A DNA stretch of 64,000 nucleotides. Source: a virus. Below the pieces are notes generated by a model. The model ran no database searches. It worked only from the letters and a program-made list of their open reading frames with translations, and was not told the DNA's origin. Position 1 is the stretch's first letter. Each line of letters begins with the position of its first letter. Both the position numbers and the translations under genes were made by a program. The DNA lies in the IMG/VR virus record IMGVR_UViG_3300025646_005482, positions 32,001 to 96,000 of that record; one strand, 5' to 3'. This document shows positions 1-9,190 of this stretch, in pieces.

Positions 1-754
1 GCCTCAAATTAATTCTGAACCAATCAGATTGAAATGGAAAGATCCTAAATTGAATGTGTTAATTCCGATGGCAGGAGCTGGCACAAGATTTAAAGAAGCA
101 GGTTATTCATTTCCTAAACCTTTGATAGATGTTGAAGGCAAACCAATGATTCAATTGGTTGTAGAAAATATTGGTATGGATGCAAACTACATCTATGTTT
201 GTCAAGAAGAGCATCGAGAAAGATTCAATTTAGATACTATGATGAATATGATGACATCTAATAATGCCATCGTTAGTATCGATAGAATCACAGAGGGCGC
301 TGCCTGCACAGCATTGCTAGCAGCTGACTATATAGATAATGATAATCCGTTATTTTTTGCCAACAGCGACCAATATGTAGAATGGGATCCAGTCGAATTC
401 ATGTATATGATGCAAGAAAAGGACTGTGATGGTGGCATAGTTACGTTCAAGGCTACACATCCAAAATGGTCATTCGCAGACATAGATGAGAATGGATATG
501 TACAACGCGTAGCAGAAAAAGATCCTATCAGTGATGACGCTACCGTCGGTTTTTATTATTGGAAAAAAGGCAGAGACTTTGTCAAGTACGCTAGACAAAT
601 GATCGAAGCTAATTTCAGGACAAACGGTGAATTTTATGTGTGTCCTGTTTTTAATATGGCGATCAACGACGGTAAACGAATTAAGGCATATCACGTCGAT
701 GAGATGTGGGGATTAGGTACACCAGAAGATTTAGAAAGATATTTAAACCGATGA
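1..754 (+). CDS. Sugar-phosphate nucleotidyltransferase-like (GT-A fold) protein, 5'-partial
   Basis: LIPMAGAGTRF...PKPLI signature, TEGAACT, NSDQ, AEKDPIS, NGEFYVCP, WGLGTPEDL. Frame is open to the window edge, so the start probably lies upstream. Confidence 0.8.
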   Translation, partial: PQINSEPIRLKWKDPKLNVLIPMAGAGTRFKEAGYSFPKPLIDVEGKPMIQLVVENIGMDANYIYVCQEEHRERFNLDTMMNMMTSNNAIVSIDRITEGAACTALLAADYIDNDNPLFFANSDQYVEWDPVEFMYMMQEKDCDGGIVTFKATHPKWSFADIDENGYVQRVAEKDPISDDATVGFYYWKKGRDFVKYARQMIEANFRTNGEFYVCPVFNMAINDGKRIKAYHVDEMWGLGTPEDLERYLNR

Positions 755-1452
755 AAGTAGCTGTGATATTTTCGGGTCTGATCAGATCTCATAAAAATTT
801 ACATGAACATTCAATAGCAAAAATGAACGCGTTGTTTCCAAACGCAGACTTCTTCTATACAACATGGAAAGGTTACGAAGAATATGATTGGATGACTTCA
901 TATTATGAAGAGCCGAAATTAATTTATAATGCTGACATCAAATTTATTAAACACAGTATAAAAGAATTTCGTAAAATTAGAGATCAGTTAGATCACCCTG
1001 ATTATGCAAAATATAAAAATCGTGTCAAATTCTGGAGAAAAGGTAGAAATCTCATCAAACAACATTTGGGGTATACACTAGCATTTGAAGAGCACGTGAC
1101 TAATCATGATATTGCTATCCGAGTTCGTTATGACTTGAAATGGTCAGATGATATTACTTTCGAAGATATGGATCAAGCATGTGAATTTGTTTATTTGTCA
1201 GAAAGACCATTGGGCATAGGAAACATTGAAACACCTCAGACAAAACCAGGACAAATTTGTTTGTGTGATACATCTAGTATACTCGGCGATTTTATGATTA
1301 TACACAGAGCCGATAAATTTAATCCGCAATATGTATGGGATTTATATAAAAACAAAAAATTAGGAACTGCTGAGCATGGATGGTGGCAGATTTTAGCAGA
1401 ACCATATTATAAAGAAGTGTATAATGGTGATCACATGTGGTGTACTATATGA
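751..1452 (+). CDS. Putative glycosyltransferase-like protein (MKxAVxFSG family), paralog 1
   Basis: ATG at 751 overlaps the upstream stop (ATGA). Motifs FSGLIR, DFFYTTW, IRVRYDL, DFMIIHRAD. Confidence 0.5.
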   Translation: MKVAVIFSGLIRSHKNLHEHSIAKMNALFPNADFFYTTWKGYEEYDWMTSYYEEPKLIYNADIKFIKHSIKEFRKIRDQLDHPDYAKYKNRVKFWRKGRNLIKQHLGYTLAFEEHVTNHDIAIRVRYDLKWSDDITFEDMDQACEFVYLSERPLGIGNIETPQTKPGQICLCDTSSILGDFMIIHRADKFNPQYVWDLYKNKKLGTAEHGWWQILAEPYYKEVYNGDHMWCTI

Positions 1453-2375
1453 AGATAGCAGTATGTTTTTCTGGACTGTTCAGAGACAATTATCAAGAGT
1501 GTATAGAAAAAATTAATTGGGTTTTTAGTGATCTCGATGCAGATTTTTTCTATGCTACATGGAAACAACAATACGGGCCAGATAGTACTGAATTATCTCC
1601 TGTAAGAAAAAGCTTTATCACTAAGTATTACGACTATCCTAAAAGACGATATCACTCTGCTATGGGTGATGTGAACCACCATATTAAAGCATGGAGATAC
1701 TACGAAAAAAATAACTGGGATCATTCATTATTGCCAACTCGTATGAAAAATAGATCTATCGAATCTATCAAAAAAGAGATGCTTATAAACATCACAACGA
1801 CAAGACGCAGAAGTTTACAAAACTTTCAACATTATGCTCATGCTTTAGTAGTCGATGATTTTGTCGATCCAAATAAATATGACCTCATCGTAAGAGTTCG
1901 TTATGATTTATTCGTTTATTCAGATCTTAAATACCACATCAAAGATTTTTGCGAACAGGTTTTAGAATACGGCGCGCCATACGGGTTTTATACATTCAAT
2001 GATTATAATACGATGGATGAGTTTTTAAATCCTACTAGAACAGTAACACAATGTATCTCACTTGATTGTCATGACTTCATGATTATTCATAGAGCCGATA
2101 TGTTTGATCCTAAACTCGTTTATAATTTTTATGATAGGAAAATATTACGGCCCGCCGAATCAGGTTGGTATCAGGTTCTCTGTGAACCATATAAAATATT
2201 CGCTGGTAAAGTAAACGGATTTGTTAGAATGTGTAGACAACACAGTGATCAAAACCAAGTCTTCAAAAAGTACGAAGAAGTGGCGAAGAAAGGTCTAGCA
2301 GCCGAAACTCGCTTCTTTAAGCATAATAACCCCGAAACAATGGGTGTAGTCGTTGACGATTTACGTACAGAATAG
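1449..2375 (+). CDS. Putative glycosyltransferase-like protein, paralog 2
   Basis: ATGA overlap. Shares FSGLFR, DFFYATW, VRVRYDL, DFMIIHRAD, AExGWxQxLxEPY with 751-1452. Confidence 0.5.
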   Translation: MKIAVCFSGLFRDNYQECIEKINWVFSDLDADFFYATWKQQYGPDSTELSPVRKSFITKYYDYPKRRYHSAMGDVNHHIKAWRYYEKNNWDHSLLPTRMKNRSIESIKKEMLINITTTRRRSLQNFQHYAHALVVDDFVDPNKYDLIVRVRYDLFVYSDLKYHIKDFCEQVLEYGAPYGFYTFNDYNTMDEFLNPTRTVTQCISLDCHDFMIIHRADMFDPKLVYNFYDRKILRPAESGWYQVLCEPYKIFAGKVNGFVRMCRQHSDQNQVFKKYEEVAKKGLAAETRFFKHNNPETMGVVVDDLRTE

Positions 2376-2377
2376 CA

Positions 2378-2406
2378 TTTACAAAATATCTTTTTTGCGG
2401 TAGAAT
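2378..2406 (+). promoter_or_regulatory. sigma70-type promoter upstream of uvsX
   Basis: TTTACA-N17-TAGAAT. Confidence 0.7.
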
Positions 2407-2433
2407 AGGACAGTGAAAAGTATAGGAGTTCAC

Positions 2434-3501
2434 ATGTCAATTTTATCTAAGTTACAAAAGAATTCAACCATCAAGGATACGGCTATCCTTTCTGAATCAA
2501 AGTTCTTCACGAAGAAGGACATGATTCCTACATCAATTCCTATCATCAACCTCGCCCTCAGTGGTCGGCTAGATGGTGGTCTCACACCTGGTCTCACGAT
2601 GTGGGCAGGTCCCAGCAAACACTTTAAAACTGCTTTCAGCCTTCTCATGGCAAAAGCATACTTGGAGAAATACGAAGAAGCCGCGCTTCTTTTTTATGAC
2701 TCAGAGTTTGGTACGCCGCAAAGTTATTTTACTGCTTTCGGTATTCCTATGGATCGTGTTCTGCATACTCCTGTTACAGATGTCGAGCAACTCAAGTTCG
2801 ATATCATGAAGCAACTCGATAACATTGATCGCGGCGATAAGGTCATCATCATTGTCGATTCTATCGGTAACCTCGCTTCGAAGAAAGAAGTTGAGGATGC
2901 ACTCAACGAGAAAGCTGTTGCAGACATGTCACGTGCTAAACAGATCAAGTCATTGTTCCGTATGGTCACACCACATCTCACCCTCAAAGATATTCCGATG
3001 GTCGTCGTGAACCATACTTACAAAGAAATGGCTCTGTTCCCGAAAGATATCGTTGGTGGTGGTACAGGTTCATACTACTCCGCTGACAACATCTACATCA
3101 TCGGTCGCCAACAAGAGAAAGAAGGCAAAGATGTGGTTGGTTATAACTTCATCATCAATGTGGAGAAATCACGCTATGTTAAAGAAAAGTCTAAGATACC
3201 TGTCACGGTTACTCATAGTGGGGGTATTAGTCGTTGGAGTGGTCTCTTGGACATTGCACTCACGGGAGGATTCGTTGTCAAACCAAGTAATGGCTGGTAC
3301 GCGAGGGTAGATCTTGAAACTGGTGCTGCCGAAGACAAGAAGTTCAGACTCAAAGAAACAGATAGCAAAGATTTTTGGTTGCCAATCGTGACGTCTGAGA
3401 AGTTCAATGAATATATAAAGCAGACATATCAGGTGGGTCACTCCGCTATTATCACAGAAGAAGAGATAGATGACTTCCTCGAAGATACAGTCACTGCATA
3501 A
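2434..3501 (+). CDS. uvsX: RecA-like recombinase UvsX
   Basis: GPSKHFKT Walker A variant, YDSEFG, DSIGNLASKKE, GGGTG; SD AGGAG upstream. Confidence 0.97.
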   Translation: MSILSKLQKNSTIKDTAILSESKFFTKKDMIPTSIPIINLALSGRLDGGLTPGLTMWAGPSKHFKTAFSLLMAKAYLEKYEEAALLFYDSEFGTPQSYFTAFGIPMDRVLHTPVTDVEQLKFDIMKQLDNIDRGDKVIIIVDSIGNLASKKEVEDALNEKAVADMSRAKQIKSLFRMVTPHLTLKDIPMVVVNHTYKEMALFPKDIVGGGTGSYYSADNIYIIGRQQEKEGKDVVGYNFIINVEKSRYVKEKSKIPVTVTHSGGISRWSGLLDIALTGGFVVKPSNGWYARVDLETGAAEDKKFRLKETDSKDFWLPIVTSEKFNEYIKQTYQVGHSAIITEEEIDDFLEDTVTA

Positions 3502-4126
3502 TGAAATAGACAATCTGTTACCTGCATGTAGGTCAGATTTTAAAGAATACAGACCGCATGAATTTATCGAGAATGATGGCGAAAATTGTATTTTACCAAA
3601 TGAATACATTCGTCTATGTCCATGGGAAGCTCGTTATTTGTCGACTGTTGCAAACAGTGCAAAACATGGTATAGTAGAGATAGGCAGATATTACGGTGGA
3701 AGCACGTTAGTTCTTGCTCAGTCAGCAAAAGAACATGTCATTATACATAGCTTTGATAATGAACCTCAAAATGATGATGAGCTAGCTAGTTTTATTGATA
3801 GACTAGGCTACAAAAATATCAATCTCTATGTACACGATTCAACTGATCCAGGTCCCAGTCGCTTTATAGATTATGATTTATTGTTTATTGACGGTGATCA
3901 TACATACGATGGTGTGTACAAAGATCTGGAAGCGTGGTATGATAACCTAATGATTGGTGGTCATGTACTATTTCATGATTGCTATGTTGGTTACTATATA
4001 CAAGAAGCGATAATGGACTTTACGCTCGGACGTAATGTACAATTCTATACATCACCATTCAAAAGTATACAATATTGGTCAAATGATAGTGGTAGTATTT
4101 GCCACTTCAGAAAGCTAGGAGACTAA
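3470..4126 (+). CDS. Class I SAM-dependent methyltransferase (Methyltransf_24-like)
   Basis: VEIGRYYGGST, DLLFIDGDHTYDGV, GGHVLFHD. Confidence 0.85.
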   Translation: MTSSKIQSLHNEIDNLLPACRSDFKEYRPHEFIENDGENCILPNEYIRLCPWEARYLSTVANSAKHGIVEIGRYYGGSTLVLAQSAKEHVIIHSFDNEPQNDDELASFIDRLGYKNINLYVHDSTDPGPSRFIDYDLLFIDGDHTYDGVYKDLEAWYDNLMIGGHVLFHDCYVGYYIQEAIMDFTLGRNVQFYTSPFKSIQYWSNDSGSICHFRKLGD

Positions 4127-5527
4127 ATGTCCGATATCTCTATTGAAAATTTGATTCTTAGTAATCTATTATATGATGAAAACTACATTCGTAGTGTTTT
4201 ACCATTTCTCAAAGAAGAATACTTTGTCAACCACGAACAACGTATCACATTCAATCTCGTAAACAAATACTTTACAAAGTACAATGCATGTCCATCTCGT
4301 GAAGCGCTGAAGATCGAGGTGGATGAGTTGTCTCTCAATACAGATACTCATGCAGCCTGTGTAAAATTTATCGCATCACTCAGTAAAGTGGAGGCTGATA
4401 ATGAGTGGCTGTTGAAGCAGACAGAGAAGTATTGTCAAGACAAAGCAATCTACAACGCCATTATGGAATCGATTCAGGTGATCGATGGGAAGACAGACAA
4501 AGACAAAGGTGCATTACCTCAGATCTTGTCTGATGCACTCGCTGTCTCTTTCGATACTCATATCGGCCACGATTTCCTCGAAGACTTCGAATCACGATAC
4601 GACTTCTATCACAAGAAAGTAGAACGTCAACCATTCGACCTCGATTACTTCAATCGTATTACTCGTGGTGGTATTCCTCGCAAAACACTCAACGTTATCC
4701 TCGCTGGTACTGGTGTAGGTAAGACACTGATGATGTGTCACTTCGCTGCATCGAATCTCATGCAAGGTAAGAACGTATTGTATGTCACCTTAGAAATGGC
4801 CGAAGAGAGGATCGCAGAACGTATCGATGCAAATCTGATGGGCGTACCACTCAATGATCTTGCTACGTATCCAAAAGAAACGTACGAGACCAAACTCAAT
4901 CGTGTCAAAGGCAAGACAGCAGGTAAACTGATCATCAAAGAATATCCTACTGCCTCTGTTGGTAGTGGTCACCTTCGACATCTACTCAATGAATTAAAGT
5001 TGAAGAAGAACTTTATACCTGACATCATATACATCGATTATCTCAATCTATGTGTGTCATCACGCATCCGAATGGGTGCCAATGTCAACACATACTCATA
5101 TGTCAAGGCAATTGCCGAAGAACTAAGAGGACTAGCAGTTGAATTCAACCTACCGATCTTCACAGCAACGCAGACTAATCGAACAGGGTTCACGTCGTCG
5201 GATGTGGGCCTCGAAGACACTAGCGAGTCCTTTGGATTGCCCGCTACTGCAGATTTTATGTTTGCCGCCATCTCTAACGAAGAGCTTGAGAGCCTCGGTC
5301 AACTCCTCATTAAACAGCTCAAGAATCGTTACAACGACCCCGGTCTCCATCGTCGATTTGTCGTCGGTGTCGATAGATCAAGAATGAAGTTGTACGATGT
5401 AGAACAGAAAGCACAAGCTAATGTTGGACCTGACATCGCTGACAAGCCAGTCATGGACAACACAGAGTTTGGTGAAGGTCTGCGCAGAGAACGCGTTGAC
5501 AAAACTATATTTGAAAGTTGGAAATAA
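4127..5527 (+). CDS. 41: Replicative DnaB-like helicase gp41
   Basis: AGTGVGKT Walker A, LEMAEE, IDYLN, ATQTNR, SESFGLPATAD, KQLKNRY. Confidence 0.97.
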   Translation: MSDISIENLILSNLLYDENYIRSVLPFLKEEYFVNHEQRITFNLVNKYFTKYNACPSREALKIEVDELSLNTDTHAACVKFIASLSKVEADNEWLLKQTEKYCQDKAIYNAIMESIQVIDGKTDKDKGALPQILSDALAVSFDTHIGHDFLEDFESRYDFYHKKVERQPFDLDYFNRITRGGIPRKTLNVILAGTGVGKTLMMCHFAASNLMQGKNVLYVTLEMAEERIAERIDANLMGVPLNDLATYPKETYETKLNRVKGKTAGKLIIKEYPTASVGSGHLRHLLNELKLKKNFIPDIIYIDYLNLCVSSRIRMGANVNTYSYVKAIAEELRGLAVEFNLPIFTATQTNRTGFTSSDVGLEDTSESFGLPATADFMFAAISNEELESLGQLLIKQLKNRYNDPGLHRRFVVGVDRSRMKLYDVEQKAQANVGPDIADKPVMDNTEFGEGLRRERVDKTIFESWK

Positions 5528-5528
5528 T

Positions 5529-6239
5529 ATGTACAATATGTTCATTCATCCATATAAGACAGGTGGCATCACTGTTTGGAGAAATATTATCGGTGAGAAG
5601 TTAACAGTAGAAAATGCATATCGTTCTGCTGGTCTCTGTGGAGAATGGCATCATTTTTATCTTACTCATCCTCAACAACAAAACTATAATAAATTCTATG
5701 AGTCAGACGGTAAATGTGTAGTTACAATTCGTGATCCAATCGAACAACTAATTTCTGCATACAATTATCAAAGATATAATATGGTTGTATTAGAAAAAAT
5801 AGGGTTTTCTGGACTTACAACTTATGGTATGCTCACTGAACGAATTGCTACTGATTCGATAAACAGTTTAAGACAAAATTTGACTGATCTTTATCCTGAT
5901 TTTAATCCAAAGGAAAATCAAATAGATGAACTTGCTAAGCGAGGTATTTTGGATTTTTATCCTAAACGGTATCAGTATCCAGAGTTATTAGCTAATTTAT
6001 TTGAGAATGTCGACATCAATGACATCGTTGTCTTAGAACAAGAAAAGCTGTTTGAAGACATGGAATTCAAATTAGGTATAGAATTACAGGAGAATGAAAA
6101 TATCATCAATTACTCTACTGCTGTTGAGATTGTGACTGAACTGTCAGATGAGTGTGAAGAGATGTTGCGTGATTATTTGAATATACACTATGAATGGTAC
6201 AATCAATTTAAATACGGCGACCTATATGAAGCGAGTTAA
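5529..6239 (+). CDS. Sulfotransferase-family protein
   Basis: FIHPYKTGG (5'-PSB-like) and TIRDPIEQLISAYNY (3'-PB-like). Confidence 0.65.
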   Translation: MYNMFIHPYKTGGITVWRNIIGEKLTVENAYRSAGLCGEWHHFYLTHPQQQNYNKFYESDGKCVVTIRDPIEQLISAYNYQRYNMVVLEKIGFSGLTTYGMLTERIATDSINSLRQNLTDLYPDFNPKENQIDELAKRGILDFYPKRYQYPELLANLFENVDINDIVVLEQEKLFEDMEFKLGIELQENENIINYSTAVEIVTELSDECEEMLRDYLNIHYEWYNQFKYGDLYEAS

Positions 6240-6399
6240 ATTTAAACATTGGAAAGATGACAGAGAACTAGTCGAAGTAGGCGAATTACCACCTGCTTTA
6301 AACAATCCGCAGTCTGAAAAGTACGTACTACAGACACCACGCGGTGAATTTGTTGATATTCGTAAAGAGACAGTTGTGGAGATAACAGATGTCGATTGA
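6226..6399 (+). CDS. Small hypothetical protein
   Basis: ORF overlapping both neighbours. Confidence 0.6.
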   Translation: MKRVKFKHWKDDRELVEVGELPPALNNPQSEKYVLQTPRGEFVDIRKETVVEITDVD

Positions 6400-6715
6400 T
6401 TACAAATTTAATGAAGAAGTATTGGTGAATGAGTTAGCTGATTACATCGACTCTACGTATGATCAGCACTATTCTAAGGGCAAGTTTCAAGCCACAGAGT
6501 TCATCATTGACGGTGGACACGGTGAAGGATTCTGCCTCGGAAACATCCTCAAGTACACACAGCGATACGGCCAGAAAGATGGCAAGAATCGTAAGGATCT
6601 ACTGAAGGTCCTACACTACGCTATCATAGCTCTCCATGTGCACGACCAGGAGCAGCAGGAATCTGCTGACTGGCGTACAAAGATGGTCATAGAATCAAAT
6701 GATCTAAAAATGTAA
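6389..6715 (+). CDS. DUF3310-like conserved phage protein
   Basis: TYDQHYS...GFCLGNILKYTQRYGQKDG...DLLKVLHYA. Confidence 0.75.
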   Translation: MSIDYKFNEEVLVNELADYIDSTYDQHYSKGKFQATEFIIDGGHGEGFCLGNILKYTQRYGQKDGKNRKDLLKVLHYAIIALHVHDQEQQESADWRTKMVIESNDLKM

Positions 6716-6845
6716 ATATTTTACAAAAATAGTCTAAGAAAATCTCTAATCAAATCAATAACTTAGAGATGCCCAGAAACTCCAATGAAATCAATAACCT
6801 AGAGATGTACATATCCGGTCCATGCGGTATAATGGCTCCTGTAAA
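6710..6845 (+). repeat. Early-promoter cassette copy 1: two IHF-like sites 36 bp apart plus sigma70 promoter
   Basis: AATCAATAACTTA 6753-6765, AATCAATAACCTA 6789-6801, TGTACA 6806-6811, TATAAT 6828-6833. Aligns with 42252-42388. Confidence 0.75.
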
Positions 6846-6863
6846 TTGATAAAGGACGTAGAT

Positions 6864-7157
6864 ATGGCTAAGCAACTTTACATTCCAGAGTTTTTCGCAG
6901 ACGCTTACAGTGGTCGTAACACCATCCCATGGGACGTTGCAGCTAACCACTTTCGTAACGCTAACTTCGGTACGATGTATGCTGATGGTAGTGGTCTGCT
7001 GGAAAACCTGATTGGTTTCGAAAAGTTCTACGACGAGCGCCTCAACGAGGTTGAGTTTGAAGACGACTTCTTCGACGAGTGGAAGTGGGAAATCTGTGCC
7101 TTCAACTCTCTTTGTGAAGGTTTCAGCAAGCTGTTCGCTCCTGCGGAAGCTGCATAA
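6864..7157 (+). CDS. Early acidic hypothetical protein
   Basis: SD AAGGA; first gene after the early promoter; ends APAEAA. Confidence 0.75.
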   Translation: MAKQLYIPEFFADAYSGRNTIPWDVAANHFRNANFGTMYADGSGLLENLIGFEKFYDERLNEVEFEDDFFDEWKWEICAFNSLCEGFSKLFAPAEAA

Positions 7158-7160
7158 ATA
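7153..7160 (+). promoter_or_regulatory. Possible late promoter variant
   Basis: CATAAATA before SD GGGAGG. Confidence 0.4.
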
Positions 7161-7176
7161 ATAAGGGAGGAAACGT

Positions 7177-7608
7177 ATGAAAAAGTTTCTATTAGTGATT
7201 GCTTTGTTACCGATGTTTGGTTGTACGACCTATGCCAACTCTACTTACAAAGATAATTCAACTGCAGACAGACGAGACATCGAAGCAACTGGTGCGGCCG
7301 CTGTTGAAGCTGCTAAGTCTAATACCGATAAAAATATCGATATTAAAGGTTTGCAAGTAAGTCATAACACTCATCATCAAGCTGATGTGACTATGACTAC
7401 TGGTAATCATCGCTATGTTGTTTTTGGTCCAGACGGTAAGCGTGATCATCGTGCTGAGCTTCGTCTGATGCAACAATCAATGCACAATCGTAATGGTCGT
7501 CAAGGTGTTGGTGAATACACACGGAATCGATTTGATCGAGAGTGGGATCACCGCGTAAAGCGTAAGATTGATGCTGAGATCGATCGATTTATGGACAAGG
7601 TGTTCTAA
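7177..7608 (+). CDS. Putative lipoprotein
   Basis: MKKFLLVIALLPMFGC lipobox-like signal. Confidence 0.7.
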   Translation: MKKFLLVIALLPMFGCTTYANSTYKDNSTADRRDIEATGAAAVEAAKSNTDKNIDIKGLQVSHNTHHQADVTMTTGNHRYVVFGPDGKRDHRAELRLMQQSMHNRNGRQGVGEYTRNRFDREWDHRVKRKIDAEIDRFMDKVF

Positions 7609-7772
7609 TGAATGAAACAGTGTTACGCTGGACAAAAGTAGTTTTACTTACTCCAGTTGTTGTTGTATGGGATGTGCTTTATTTTGTTATAAGTAAAGTG
7701 TACGAAGGTGCCACTTGGATTGACCAGAAGGGTGGCAATATTATTGACGATTTTATTGAAGGAAGGAGTTAA
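7608..7772 (+). CDS. Small membrane protein (54 aa, not in ORF track)
   Basis: TAATG coupling; MNETVLRWTKVVLLTPVVVVWDVLYFVISK. Confidence 0.6.
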   Translation: MNETVLRWTKVVLLTPVVVVWDVLYFVISKVYEGATWIDQKGGNIIDDFIEGRS

Positions 7773-7773
7773 C

Positions 7774-7947
7774 ATGGCAGAAGTAGCCAAATTGCCGCTT
7801 GAAACGATGAACGAAGTGTTGAACGTTCTTGGTGGTTTACCCTATGCTCAAGTGGCAGACATCATTGCAAAGGTACGACGAGATACTACGGTTGAAACTG
7901 TACCTGAAGAAATTCCAGCAAACAAGTCGAAGGTAAAATCTGAGTGA
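7774..7947 (+). CDS. Small hypothetical protein
   Basis: SD AAGGAG; LNVLGGLPYAQVADII. Confidence 0.65.
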   Translation: MAEVAKLPLETMNEVLNVLGGLPYAQVADIIAKVRRDTTVETVPEEIPANKSKVKSE

Positions 7948-8147
7948 CAGGAATTGAAGTAATATTAGCTACGGCTGGTTTTGCTATGCTAGCATTTAAA
8001 CTGTTGGTCTTTTTGTTAATCGCAGGCTTTGTTGTATGGGCTTTATTTCAAACAGCAGCTATTATCTTTAAGATTTTATTTTATGGTATCGTGACACTAG
8101 TGACTATAGCAGCACTATTCACGGTACCTATATGGTTGCTCGCTTAG
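7944..8147 (+). CDS. Small two-TM membrane protein
   Basis: GTGA overlap; almost entirely hydrophobic. Confidence 0.65.
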   Translation: MTGIEVILATAGFAMLAFKLLVFLLIAGFVVWALFQTAAIIFKILFYGIVTLVTIAALFTVPIWLLA

Positions 8148-8323
8148 CTATATTACTTCTATTAAGTGGTTGTGCGCTCCGGCCGCCTGACGACTGGGGC
8201 ATTTCTATTGAGGATATGGAAGGAATGGGAAATCCTACTATCGATGAGTGTCAAATCACTTTCGGTGGTGAGGTTCCTATGGTTCCTTGTGTGATTGAGT
8301 TAGAATTGGAATGGGAAATTTAA
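8132..8323 (+). CDS. Small putative lipoprotein
   Basis: LAILLLLSGC lipobox. Confidence 0.6.
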   Translation: MVARLAILLLLSGCALRPPDDWGISIEDMEGMGNPTIDECQITFGGEVPMVPCVIELELEWEI

Positions 8324-8718
8324 AGAATTTTATTGGCGACACAATAACACACGCCGAAAAAGGAATATTATTGTTTGTCGTATTCGGCACTATATGGGCT
8401 GCTGGTTTCGACATATTAGGTATGTTCCAACAACAAGGCAAGATGGCACTCGGTGATCTCTTCTTGCTATTCATCTACGCAGAGATTCTTGGCATGGTTG
8501 CGGCATTCTATAAGAGTGAGCGCATACCAGTATCACTGCCTCTCATCATTGCCATGACTGCGCTGACGCGTATGATCATACTACAGACGAAAGGCAATGA
8601 ACCACTCAACATCATCTATGAGTCTGCTGGCATTCTTATTCTTGCAGCTGCAGCGTATATCATGACGAAGAAAGATTACATCTCTTTGAAGAAAGGCGAT
8701 CTACGTGAGAGTCATTGA
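8311..8718 (+). CDS. psiE: Phosphate-starvation-inducible membrane protein PsiE
   Basis: LLFIYAEILGM...PLIIAMTALTRMIIL; four TM segments. Confidence 0.85.
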   Translation: MGNLKNFIGDTITHAEKGILLFVVFGTIWAAGFDILGMFQQQGKMALGDLFLLFIYAEILGMVAAFYKSERIPVSLPLIIAMTALTRMIILQTKGNEPLNIIYESAGILILAAAAYIMTKKDYISLKKGDLRESH

Positions 8719-9190
8719 TAATATATTCAATGACCAAGAGCTTACGTTTTGTAAGCAACAATTTCAAGATGCCCTCAAAGGTGAGTGGCAAATTAACAAG
8801 TTTTTGTGGCAACCATACTTGACCGAAGGCTATGACGGGTATGTGTTGATGCAAAATGTTAGCGATAGAGTCCGTGACATTGTCTTAGAGAATGTGCAAA
8901 AACATGTACAATACAAGCAAGAACCGGGTATAATGTTCTATATGTGGAGCGAAGGTTCAGCAATCAATTGGCATCATGATGATCATGTTGATAAGGCTTG
9001 CACAATATATCTCAACAATTGGCCGATTGATCGAGGTGGTCAATTCGTTTATCGTGATGAACACAAACAAACTTTCGTTCCTATCATTGAGAATCGAATG
9101 GTTATCAATGACAATCATACCGAACACAAAGTGACACCGGTGAAAAAGAGTAAAGAGATAAGATATACACTTCAGGTATTTGGAACATGA
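8705..9190 (+). CDS. 2OG-Fe(II) oxygenase
   Basis: WHHD...IYLN...GG...HKVTPV...RYTLQ. Confidence 0.85.
   Translation: MRVIDNIFNDQELTFCKQQFQDALKGEWQINKFLWQPYLTEGYDGYVLMQNVSDRVRDIVLENVQKHVQYKQEPGIMFYMWSEGSAINWHHDDHVDKACTIYLNNWPIDRGGQFVYRDEHKQTFVPIIENRMVINDNHTEHKVTPVKKSKEIRYTLQVFGT

Noticed and set aside
6744-6806. CRISPR-like mini-array
   Set aside because: Only two imperfect units with very short spacing; better explained as protein-binding sites upstream of a promoter.
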